From Spirochaetia bacterium (GTDB lineage Bacteria; Spirochaetota; Spirochaetia; SZUA-6; Bin103), in NCBI GenBank assembly GCA_965203055.1, contig OZ241863.1, forward strand, positions 1,248,001 through 1,312,000: a stretch of DNA of 64,000 nucleotides, given 5' to 3'. Below are positions 30,085 through 38,641 of this stretch, piece by piece; within the stretch, counting starts at the first letter, position 1; every line of letters begins with the position of its first letter. Under the pieces are notes generated by a model. It ran no database searches, was not told the origin of the DNA, and was given only the letters and a program-made list of their open reading frames with translations. The translations under genes and the position numbers were made by a program.

Positions 30085-32489
30085 CACTCTTCTCCTCCTA
30101 CCTGCACCCGAAGCTGCCGGCCGGCCAGGGTCTGGCGCGCCCAGAACAGGTTCTGGCTCGGATCGTTGCCGCCCGTCGCCAGGATGGCGGTGCCGGTCGC
30201 GGTGGTGCCGCTCGTCGGCGCCGTAAAGGTCACGGTCGGCGCGGTCGCGTAGCCGCTCCCGCCGTTGGTGATCTCCACCGACCGGATGACGTATTCGAAG
30301 ACCGCGGTGCCGACCGCCCTGGTGCCGCCGGTCGGCGCCGCCGAGAAGGAGACGGTCGGGGCCGAGGTGTAGCTGCCGGGGTTGGTGACCGTCGCCGACG
30401 GGACGGCGTAGGCCATCACCGCGGTGGCGGTCGCCCCGCTGCCGCCGCCGCCGCCGGAAAAGGAGACGGTGGGCGCCGAGGGGTAGCCGCTCCCCGCGGT
30501 GCCGGGCGTCACCGAGGCGACCCCGTAGTTCATCACCGCGGTGCCGGTCGCGGTGGTGCCGCCGCTCGGCGCCGCCGTAAAGCCCACGGTGGGCGCGGAG
30601 GTGTAGCCGCTTCCGCCGCTGGAGACCTGCACGTCGTCCACCGCCTGGGATATCACCGCGGTGGCGGTCGCCCCGCTGCCGCCGCCGCCGGAAAAGGAGA
30701 CGGTGGGCGCGGAGGTGTAGCCGCTTCCCCCGCTGGTGACCGTCACCCCGGTGACGGTGGCGCCCATCACCGCGACGTAGGTGGCCGCGGTGACGCCGCT
30801 GCCGCCGCCGGTAAAGGTGATCGTGGGGCGCGAGGTGTAGCCGCTCCCGGCGTTGGTGACGTCGACCCGTTGCACGCTCGGGTACCTTGACGCGGTAGCG
30901 GCGGCTCCGCTGCCGGGGCCGCCAAAGGTGATCGTGGGGTCCGAGGTGTAACCCGCTCCCCGGTTCACCATATTTATTCTTTGGACGCCGTTCTGGGTGC
31001 ACCCCGTCGGCCCCGACCCGCCTGCATAGATGAGCGTGGTGCCGGTCGCCCTGGTGCCGCCGGTCGGCGGCGGCGAGAAGGTCACGGTGGGCGGCGTCGT
31101 GTAGAGGCTGCCGCAGGCGGTCATCACGACCCTGCGGACGGCGTCGGGCCCCCATGCGGTGCCGGTCGCGGTGGTGCCGCCGGCCCGTTGCGGCGCCGAG
31201 AAGGTCACGGTGGGCCTCAAGGTGTAGCCGCTGCCGTAGCCACTGTTGGCGGCCAATCCGTTCCGCACCGTGGACGCGACCCGGTCGGGGCCGGTCGCGT
31301 CGCCGGTCGCGCCGCTGCCGCCGCCGCCCGAAAAGCTCACCGCGGGGGGCGAGGTGTAGCTGCTGCCGGCGGTCCCCATCGTCACCGAAGTGACGCTGCC
31401 GCTGGTCGTCGCGGCGGCGGTCGCGCCGCTGCCGCCGCCGCCCGTAAAGGAGACCGTGGGCGCCGACGTGTAGCCGCTGCCGGCGGCCCCGAGCGTCACG
31501 TCAGCGACGCTGCCGCTGACCGCCGCGGTGCCGGCCGCGTCGGTGCCGCCGGCCGGCGCCGCCGAGAAGGAGACGGTGGGCGCCGAGGTGTAGCCGCTGC
31601 CGGCGGTATCGACCGTCACCGAGGTGACGCTGCCGCTGAGGTCCGCGGTGGCGGCCGCCCCGCTGCCGCCGCCGCCGGAAAAGGAGATGGTGGGCGCCGA
31701 GGTGTAGCCGGCGCCGGCGGTCGTGACGTTCACCGAACCGACGCCGCCGCCGCCCGCTACGTCGGCGGTTGCCCGGGTGCCGCCGGCCGGCGGCGCCGAA
31801 AGGGTCACGGTGGGCGCCGAGGTGTAGCCGCTGCCCCGCTCGTTGATCCTGACCGACGCGACGGTGTCCGAGGCGCCCGACTGATCCGGGGCGGTGAGCA
31901 CCAGCACGATCGCGCCCGCGCTCACTTCGGCGCCAACCGTCCACTGCGCGCCTGAGAGGTCGTCGGCGAAGGTCGGCGCGGTCGCGGTGCTCGTGAACGG
32001 CAGCTCGTTGCCGCCGATCGACACGGTCACCTTCTCGCCCTCGGCGCCGGTGAGCCCGTCCCAGGCGAACGGCTCGGAGCGGATCGTCAAGGCGCTCGGG
32101 TCCGCTGCGTCAGGCAGCGGCAGCGCCGATGACCAAGCATCCTCTCCGATGTCCCAGCGCTGCTCGGCCGCCGCCGGAGTCGGGGCCGGCGCGGTCGGCG
32201 ACCCGCCATTGCCCCCATTGCCGCCGGCTCCTCCGTTCCCCGCGCCGCCGGCGCCCGCGCCGCCGGTGCCGGTCGCGCCCGGCCGGGCCGTCTGCTGGCA
32301 CGCCGCCAGCAGGGCGATGCCGGTGACCGCCGCCACCGCCAGCAGCGCGGCCTTGCCGCTCATCCTTCTTCCTCTATCCTTCCGTGCCACGTGATTCCTT
32401 CCTCCTGGGCGCTCTGGGCGCGCCGGCCGCAGGCTGCCGCGGTCGGCTCGAATTTCCGTTTCATGGGGGGGGGGGGGGGGGTAGAGCAT
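30084..32489 (-). CDS. Repeat-rich surface lipoprotein, paralogue B (14 repeats)
   Basis: Lipobox LAAC; same architecture as A; ends NLFWARQTLAGRQLRVQVGGEE. Confidence 0.8.
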   Translation of the reverse strand: MLYPPPPPHETEIRADRGSLRPARPERPGGRNHVARKDRGRRMSGKAALLAVAAVTGIALLAACQQTARPGATGTGGAGAGGAGNGGAGGNGGNGGSPTAPAPTPAAAEQRWDIGEDAWSSALPLPDAADPSALTIRSEPFAWDGLTGAEGEKVTVSIGGNELPFTSTATAPTFADDLSGAQWTVGAEVSAGAIVLVLTAPDQSGASDTVASVRINERGSGYTSAPTVTLSAPPAGGTRATADVAGGGGVGSVNVTTAGAGYTSAPTISFSGGGGSGAAATADLSGSVTSVTVDTAGSGYTSAPTVSFSAAPAGGTDAAGTAAVSGSVADVTLGAAGSGYTSAPTVSFTGGGGSGATAAATTSGSVTSVTMGTAGSSYTSPPAVSFSGGGGSGATGDATGPDRVASTVRNGLAANSGYGSGYTLRPTVTFSAPQRAGGTTATGTAWGPDAVRRVVMTACGSLYTTPPTVTFSPPPTGGTRATGTTLIYAGGSGPTGCTQNGVQRINMVNRGAGYTSDPTITFGGPGSGAAATASRYPSVQRVDVTNAGSGYTSRPTITFTGGGSGVTAATYVAVMGATVTGVTVTSGGSGYTSAPTVSFSGGGGSGATATAVISQAVDDVQVSSGGSGYTSAPTVGFTAAPSGGTTATGTAVMNYGVASVTPGTAGSGYPSAPTVSFSGGGGGSGATATAVMAYAVPSATVTNPGSYTSAPTVSFSAAPTGGTRAVGTAVFEYVIRSVEITNGGSGYATAPTVTFTAPTSGTTATGTAILATGGNDPSQNLFWARQTLAGRQLRVQVGGEE
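32465..32481 (-). repeat. Poly-C17 tract (G17 on + strand) at 5' end of paralogue B
   Basis: Homopolymer counted directly; in frame (M-L-Y-P5-H). Confidence 0.9.
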
Positions 32490-32697
32490 CACTCTTCTCC
32501 TACCTGTATCCGAAGCGTCCGGTCGGCCAGGGTCTGGCGCGCCCAGAACAGGTTCTGGTACTGATCATTGCCGCTCGTCGCCAAGTTCGCGACCCCGGTC
32601 GCGGTGGTGCCGCCGGTCGGCGCGCCAACAGAGCGATGCCGGCGGCCGCCGCGAGCGCCAGCAGCGCGGCCCTGCGACTCATGCCCTTCCTCGCCAT
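32489..32697 (-). pseudogene. Paralogue C relic: signal peptide fused out of frame to the C-terminal ~44 codons
   Basis: MARKGMSRRAALLALAAAAGIALLA then APTGGTTATG..NLFWARQTLADRTLRIQVGEE*; junction ~32620-32626. Confidence 0.8.
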
Positions 32698-33039
32698 CTT
32701 CACGTTGTCGAATCCTTCCCGGCGCGCCGGACGAAGCATCGTCCACCATAATCCATGGTATCGACGGCGGTCGATCGGGTCAAACGCGGCCATCCAAAGC
32801 ACTTCACTTATCGGTAATTTCCGTGGTGGGCCACGGCAGCCCGCCCCGCAGCCGCGGTCGGCCCGCGCCGCCGCGAGGACCGGAGTCGAAGACTCCTGCG
32901 GCGTCGATCGGCTCCATCACCCACCTCAAAGCGCTTCCTCCCAGCAAACGCCTCGGCTCCGACGGACTCAGACAGAGAGGACCCGTCGCTCCGGCCGAGG
33001 AGGATCGCCTTAAGTTAAGTATCGTCCACCCGATCCCTG

Positions 33040-33210
33040 TCAAGAGCCGCGAGCGCGCGCAGGTCATCGCTCATCACCTGCCGCAACGGATCGAAGATCA
33101 CGTAGTAGCCGACCCCCATCCTGGCGTACTTCAGCCGCTTCTCCTCTCCCCGACCTCATTGCCTTTCCGGTTCGACACGATCTCCATAACCGCACCGGAG
33201 GAGCGGCAGA
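33040..33210 (-). pseudogene. Degenerate Uma2-family fragment
   Basis: MEIVSNRKGNEVGE then, after a frameshift, EKRLKYARMGVGYYVIFDPLRQ. Confidence 0.6.
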
Positions 33211-33293
33211 AAGGCGATGCAGCGCCGGGCGCACTTCCAAAAAAGTGTGTTGGTGACTGCCGGCCGGAACCACCGGCCGGCGGGCGCCGGCGG

Positions 33294-34145
33294 TTATCTG
33301 CCTGGCGTGTCGTTCTCGCCCCGCTCGCGGAGCGCCGCCTCAAGCGCGGCGATGCGCGCTTCCGCCTGGCGCTGAGCGGCTTCCGCCCGGCTCTGGGCGG
33401 CTTCCGCCTGACGGCGGGCGGCGGCCTCGTCGTGGAGCCGGGCTTCCGCCTGGCTCTGGGCGGCTTCCGTCTGGCGGCGGGCGGCGGCTTCCATCTGCCA
33501 CCGCTGCTCCGCCCGCAGCCGCCCCTGTTGTTCTTCGTCCGACGACAGCAGATAGCTCCGCGTTACCGGATCGTACAACCGCAGCCCCTCCGCCTCCTGC
33601 CGCACTTCCAGCCCCAGCACCTCGCTCTGCAGCCGCAGCGTCCCGTCCGCCAATTCCTCCTCCGGCAGCCGCTGGTACCTTCCCCCGATCAGCTCCAGCC
33701 CCTGCAACGGCGGCCGCAGATAGTCCCCCGTCGGGTCGTATTGCCAGTACTCCCGCACTCCCAACCGCCGGTACGTCTCTCGCTTCGGCCCCTGATCCTT
33801 GTCCCGGGTGCTCGCCGAGGTGACCTCCAGCACGAAGTCCGGCCCCTTCGGTTCCTGCCACAACAGGTAGGAGTGGCGCGGTCGATTCTCTGCGCCGAAC
33901 ACCACGAACACGTCCGGCGCTACCGACTTCCTGGTTCTCCTCTGGTAGTAGATCAGCAGGTCGGCCGCTACGAACACGTCGTCGCGGTGGGCGTAGTGGC
34001 GCCGCAGCGCGTCGAAGGCGTAGACCAGGGGAATGAGTTGAAAATAGCTTTCCGCCAAAGGCTCACCGTCCGAACTGGGGTACTCGATCTCGACCGGAGC
34101 AACCGGAGCGAGTGCCGTGCCTGGCGCGCCTGCCGCGTAAGCCAT
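33294..34145 (-). CDS. Uma2 family PD-(D/E)XK endonuclease with coiled-coil tail, copy A
   Basis: YPSSDGEPLAES, VAPDVFVV, PDFVLEVTSAST, LGVREYWQYDP; ARRQAEA tail. Confidence 0.9.
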   Translation of the reverse strand: MAYAAGAPGTALAPVAPVEIEYPSSDGEPLAESYFQLIPLVYAFDALRRHYAHRDDVFVAADLLIYYQRRTRKSVAPDVFVVFGAENRPRHSYLLWQEPKGPDFVLEVTSASTRDKDQGPKRETYRRLGVREYWQYDPTGDYLRPPLQGLELIGGRYQRLPEEELADGTLRLQSEVLGLEVRQEAEGLRLYDPVTRSYLLSSDEEQQGRLRAEQRWQMEAAARRQTEAAQSQAEARLHDEAAARRQAEAAQSRAEAAQRQAEARIAALEAALRERGENDTPGR

Positions 34146-34336
34146 CCGTGATCCTCCGCCGCCCACCATACTCCGAACGCGCCGGGTACCGCTACCGGAC
34201 ATGCGCAGCGGGCAGGAAAACCCCATGCTACAGAGGCTGGTCGGAGCCGCGCCGACGCGGAGGCCGGAGTGGCCAGCGACAATCAAGATGAGAACGTAGC
34301 GGCTACCTCCGGCCGCCAAGTAGGGCCTTGAGCAGG

Positions 34337-34368
34337 CGGGCAGCCGGGCAGCCGGGCAGCCGGGCAGC
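34337..34368. repeat. 8-bp tandem repeat (CGGGCAGC)x4 between the Uma2 copies
   Basis: Read directly. Confidence 0.7.
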
Positions 34369-34431
34369 TTGCCGAGCTGGCTGAGGATGTGCCGGGCATC
34401 GCGCCGCAAGGGCGCGCGTAGAGTCCAGCGG

Positions 34432-35283
34432 TTATCTGCTTGGCGTGCCGTTCTCGCCTCGCTCGCGGAGCGCCGCCTCAAGCGCGGCGATGCGCGCTTC
34501 CGCCTGGCGCTGGGCGGCTTCCGCCTGGCGCTGAGCGGCTTCCGCTTGGCGCTGAGCGGCTTCCGCTTGGCGCTGAGCGGCTTCCGCCTGCCGGCGGGCG
34601 GCGGCCTCGTCATGGAGCCGGGCTTCCGCCTGGCGGCGGGCGGCGGCTTCCCGCAGCCGCCCCTGTTGTTCTTCGTCCGACGACAGCAGATAGCTCCGCG
34701 TTACCGGATCGTACAACCGCAGCCCCTCCGCCTCCTGCCGCACTTCCAGCCCCAGCACCTTGCTCTCCAGCCGCAGCGTCCCGTCCGCCAACTCCTCCTC
34801 CGGCAGCCGCTGGTACCGTCCCCCGATCAGCTCCAGCCCCTGCAACGGCGGCCGCAGATAGTCCCCCGTCGGGTCGAACTGCCAATACTCCCGCACTCCC
34901 AACTCCCGGTACGTCTCTCGCTTCGGCCCCTGATCCTTGTCCTGGGTGCTCGCCGAGGTGATCTCCAGCACGAAGTCCGGCCCCTTCGGTTCCTTCCACA
35001 ACTGGTAGGAGTGGCGCGGCCGATTCTCCGCTCCGAGCACCACGAACACGTCCGGCGCCACCGAATCCATGGTTCCCTCGTTGTAGTAGATCAGCATGTC
35101 GGCCACCACGAACACGTCGTCGCGGTGGGCGTAGTGGCGCCGTAGCGCGTCGAAGGCATAGACCAGGGGAATGAGTTGAAAATAGCTTTCCGCCAAAGGC
35201 TCACCGTCCGAACTGGGGTACTCGATCTCGACCGGAGCAACCGGAGCGAGAGCCGTGCCTGCCGCACCTGCCGCGTAAGCCAT
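34432..35283 (-). CDS. Uma2 family endonuclease, copy B (tandem duplicate)
   Basis: Near-identical to copy A including ~68 nt upstream; 21-nt heptad repeats at ~34497-34590. Confidence 0.9.
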   Translation of the reverse strand: MAYAAGAAGTALAPVAPVEIEYPSSDGEPLAESYFQLIPLVYAFDALRRHYAHRDDVFVVADMLIYYNEGTMDSVAPDVFVVLGAENRPRHSYQLWKEPKGPDFVLEITSASTQDKDQGPKRETYRELGVREYWQFDPTGDYLRPPLQGLELIGGRYQRLPEEELADGTLRLESKVLGLEVRQEAEGLRLYDPVTRSYLLSSDEEQQGRLREAAARRQAEARLHDEAAARRQAEAAQRQAEAAQRQAEAAQRQAEAAQRQAEARIAALEAALRERGENGTPSR

Positions 35284-35432
35284 CCGTGATCCTCCGCCGC
35301 CCACCATACTCCGAACGCGCCGGGTACCGCTACCGGACACGCGCAGCGGGCGCACTTCCTGTTTGGTACCGATCCCGCCCCTCGAAGCCGCCGGAAGGCG
35401 TACTACGAGTACCGCGCCGCGCTCAGGGCAGC

Positions 35433-36908
35433 CGCTTGGAAATGCGCCGCCGAGTCATGCCAGCAGGTGGCATATTCCGGGCCGGATAACTTGACTCAAG
35501 TAGTTTCCATGATTATACTTATGTCATGTACAATCATGCCTCCGACGAGGCCGTAACCACTACCGTATCCGCCCTCTCAGACGACCGCTTGCTGGAGCGG
35601 ACCAAGGAACTTTCCGGCATCGAACACCATCTCGAAGTGGTCGTGATCGACCACCTGCGCGAGATTCATAAGCGCCGCCTGTACCTGCGCCGCGGGTTTT
35701 CGAGCCTGTTCGATTACGCGGTGCGGGAGCTGGGTTACAGCGACGCCGCGGCGTGGCGTCGCATCAAGGCGATGCGGCTCTGCGCGGACGTCGAGGGCGT
35801 GCGGGAGCGCCTGCAGAATGGCTCGATGACGCTGAACGCGGCGGCGCAGTTGCAGCATGCGTTCGACCGGCAGGAGCGCAAGAAGGAACGGGCGGCGCGT
35901 AGCGCGCGGGGCGGGAGCGGGTTCGGGGCTGGCGCTCAGTCGCAGAACGGCTCGGCGCCGCCGCGGCCGGCGGAGCGGAAGCCGGAGCCGGTGCCGGTGC
36001 TGGACCCGGAGGCGCGGCGGGAGCTGGTGGAGCAGGCGTCCGGCAAGAGCAGCCGGGAGGTGATGCAGTTGCTGGCCGAGGTGGACCCGGAACTGGCGGC
36101 GCCGGCTGATCGTGTGCGGCCCCTGAGCGGCGGGCGCTGGGAGCTCAAGGCGGTGATCGACGATGAGTGCCGGCGGGGCTTGGAGCGGCTCCAGGGCCTC
36201 CTGTCCCACGTCGATCCGCACCTGACGATGGGGCAGCTCATGGGGCGGCTGGTGCGGGAAGGGCTCGACCGCCACGACCCGGCCCGACCGCCGCGCGGGC
36301 GGCGCGCCGCTTCGGCCAAAGGCGCCGAGCAAACTTCGGCTGCGAAGACGCAGGCGGCCTCGGTTCGCGGCGCTGCCTCGGCAGCGAAGCAGGAGGCGGG
36401 CGCGGACCGCGCCGCTCCTTCGGCGGCGAAAGTATCGGCTCAGGCGCCGGCGCCGCCGGGAGAGGAAGCCGCTGACCGCCCGGACACTTCGGCAGCGAAG
36501 CCGGCGACCGACACCACTTCGGCGCCGAAGACGCGGCGCCTCGGCCGACAGGCTGCGACGGCGGGCGCGGCGCGGGCTACGTCGCCGGCACGGACCGAAA
36601 CTTCGGCAGCGAAGGCCGGCGGCGCGACCGGCCGCGCCATCCCGGCGGCGGTCAAGCGCGAGGTGTGGCGGCGCGACCGGGGCCGCTGCCGCTACGTGGA
36701 CCGCGCCAGCGGGCGCCGCTGCGGCTCCCAACACCTGCTGCAGATCGATCACGTCGTGCCGTATGCTTGCGGCGGCGGCGCCGAGCCGAACAATCTCCGC
36801 CGCTGTGCGCCGCCCATCACCGCTACCGCCACGTCGGCGACGGATTCGGGCGCCCCGGCGAGGATCGTGAGGCGCCGGTAGATGGGTGATCAATTTGGGA
36901 AATGCGCC
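35433..36908 (+). mobile_element. Repeated HNH-endonuclease element, copy 2
   Basis: Direct repeat of 4376-5830; same promoter at 35491-35519; palindromes at 36334, 36376, 36418, 36487, 36517, 36601. Confidence 0.7.
35526..36889 (+). pseudogene. HNH endonuclease copy 2; -1 frameshift near 36800 inside the HNH motif
   Basis: AATCTCCGCCGCTGTGC vs AATCTCCGGCTGCTGTGC in copy 1; LCAAHHRYRH continues in another frame to 36889. Confidence 0.8.
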
Positions 36909-36997
36909 CCAAGCCTCACCTCAGCGCGCTGTGGGCGGCGGCCGGCTGCTCAAACCCATCGCCGGAGGGGCGCGGCCGAAGGCCATCGCAGGCGCGC

Positions 36998-37040
36998 TTG
37001 ACGATACTTCCATATTTCGTTTATTGTAGAAACATGGAGT
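36998..37040 (+). promoter_or_regulatory. arsR promoter with operator-like inverted repeat
   Basis: TTGACG-18 nt-TATTGT, ATG 6 nt later; TCCATATTT..AAACATGGA imperfect inverted repeat. Confidence 0.55.
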
Positions 37041-37441
37041 CTGAATTCGATCCCTTGGCGGTGGAAGACGCCGCCTCGACCTTTGCGGCGCTCGGTTCGG
37101 AGCAGCGGCTGGCGGTCCTGAGCACCCTGGTGCGCGCCGGGCCGGCCGGCATCCCGAGCGGCACGCTGGGCGAACGCAGCGGGGTCACCGGCTCGACCCT
37201 GACCCACCACGTGCGCGTCCTGACCCAGGCCGGCCTGGTCCATCGCGTCAAGCGCGGCCGCTCGGTGATCTGCGCCGCGGCCGCCTATCCGAAGGTGCGG
37301 GCGCTTTCGGCCTACTTGCTGTCCGAATGCTGCACCGGCGATTCCGAATGCTGCGCCGCTGATTCCGAATGCTGCTGCGCCTCTCAGTCCGAGTGCTGCG
37401 CCGGCGGCGCGCTGCCCGCTACGCAAGCCGATCATGCCTGA
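37034..37441 (+). CDS. arsR: ArsR/SmtB family regulator with expanded Cys-rich tail
   Basis: FAALGSEQRLAV..LVRAGPAG..STLTHH..GLV..GRSV; C-terminal SECC repeats. Confidence 0.85.
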   Translation: MESEFDPLAVEDAASTFAALGSEQRLAVLSTLVRAGPAGIPSGTLGERSGVTGSTLTHHVRVLTQAGLVHRVKRGRSVICAAAAYPKVRALSAYLLSECCTGDSECCAADSECCCASQSECCAGGALPATQADHA

Positions 37442-38615
37442 ATCGACCGCCGCGCTCGGTGGGACCGCTTCGTTCCGCGGGACCGCCGCGGGGGCGTGCT
37501 GCCGAGACCGGCCCGGCGCCGCGTCTTCGCCGTCGCAGGCGCCGTCGCAGCCAAGTCCCCTGCGCCGCCGGTGGCGGGCGGCAGGTCATTGCCTGCGGCG
37601 GCTCGACGGGGCGTGGCTGGCGATCGGGCTGATCCCGGCCCTGCTCGCGCTGTTCGATCCCGGGCAGGCGCTGCCCGCCCTGCAGTTCGCCGGGGGAGCG
37701 ATCCTGCGGACCGGCGTGCTCATCGTCTGCGCGGTGCTGGCGGTGGCCTGGCTGAAGGCGGCCGACGCCGACCGGCTGCTGAGCCGGGCGTTCGCCGGAC
37801 CCGAGGTGCGGATGATCGCGCTGGGCGCGGTAGTGGGCGGGCTGGCGCCGTTCTGCTCCTGCGAGGTGATCCCCTTCATCGCCGCGCTGCTGGCGGTCGG
37901 GGCGCCGTTGTCGGCGGTGATGGCGTTCTGGCTCGCGTCGCCGTTGATGGATCCGGCGATGTTCCTGATTACCGCCGGCACCCTCGGCACCGGGTTCGCC
38001 GCCGCCAAGACGGTGGCGGCGGTGGCGCTCGGGCTGGCCGGCGGGCTGGTGGTGAAGGCGGGCGCCCGGAGCCCCGTGTTCGCCGCTCCGCTCCGGGCGC
38101 GGCCGGCCGCCGGCGCCTGCGCCGCCGCGTGCGGACCCGGCAGCGGCACCGGCGGCGGGTCCGATCCGCTGGCCGGCCGGCCGCAGTGGGCCTTCTGGCG
38201 CGAGCCGGCCCGCCGCCGGACGTTCCTCGGCACCGCGGCCGGGAACGCGCTGTTCCTGGGGAAGTGGCTGCTGTTGGCCTACCTGGTGGAGGCGCTGCTG
38301 CTGGAATACCTTCCCGCCGAGATGATCGCATCGGTCCTGGGCGGCGGCGGGCTGTGGCCGATCGTGCTGGGCGCGCTGGTCGGAGCGCCGGCCTACCTGA
38401 ACGGGTACGCCACCGTGCCGCTGGTCGAGGCGCTGCTGGCGCAGGGCATGTCGAACGGGGCGGCCATGTCGTTCGTCATCGCCGGCGGCGCCAGTTGCAT
38501 CCCGGCGGCGATCGCGGTCTGGGCGCTGGTCAAGCCGCGCGTCTTCGGCGCCTATCTCGGCATCGCGTTCGCCGGCTCCGTGGCCGCCGGCGTCGTCTGG
38601 AACGCGGTCGCCTGA
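37434..38615 (+). CDS. ArsP/DUF318 family permease
   Basis: PFCSCEVIP, AFWLASPLMDP, GMSNGAAMSF; downstream of arsR. Confidence 0.85.
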   Translation: MPESTAALGGTASFRGTAAGACCRDRPGAASSPSQAPSQPSPLRRRWRAAGHCLRRLDGAWLAIGLIPALLALFDPGQALPALQFAGGAILRTGVLIVCAVLAVAWLKAADADRLLSRAFAGPEVRMIALGAVVGGLAPFCSCEVIPFIAALLAVGAPLSAVMAFWLASPLMDPAMFLITAGTLGTGFAAAKTVAAVALGLAGGLVVKAGARSPVFAAPLRARPAAGACAAACGPGSGTGGGSDPLAGRPQWAFWREPARRRTFLGTAAGNALFLGKWLLLAYLVEALLLEYLPAEMIASVLGGGGLWPIVLGALVGAPAYLNGYATVPLVEALLAQGMSNGAAMSFVIAGGASCIPAAIAVWALVKPRVFGAYLGIAFAGSVAAGVVWNAVA

Positions 38616-38641
38616 GCGCGCCGCAGGTCTCTTGGCTTAGC

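Noticed and set aside
27718..31155. 1145-aa ORF as one protein
   Set aside because: The first ~357 aa are an alternative frame of paralogue B; the real gene starts at or after 30084.
33294..35283. Uma2 pair or lipoprotein pair as DGR template/variable repeats
   Set aside because: No reverse transcriptase in the window, both copies are full genes, and differences do not look adenine-restricted.
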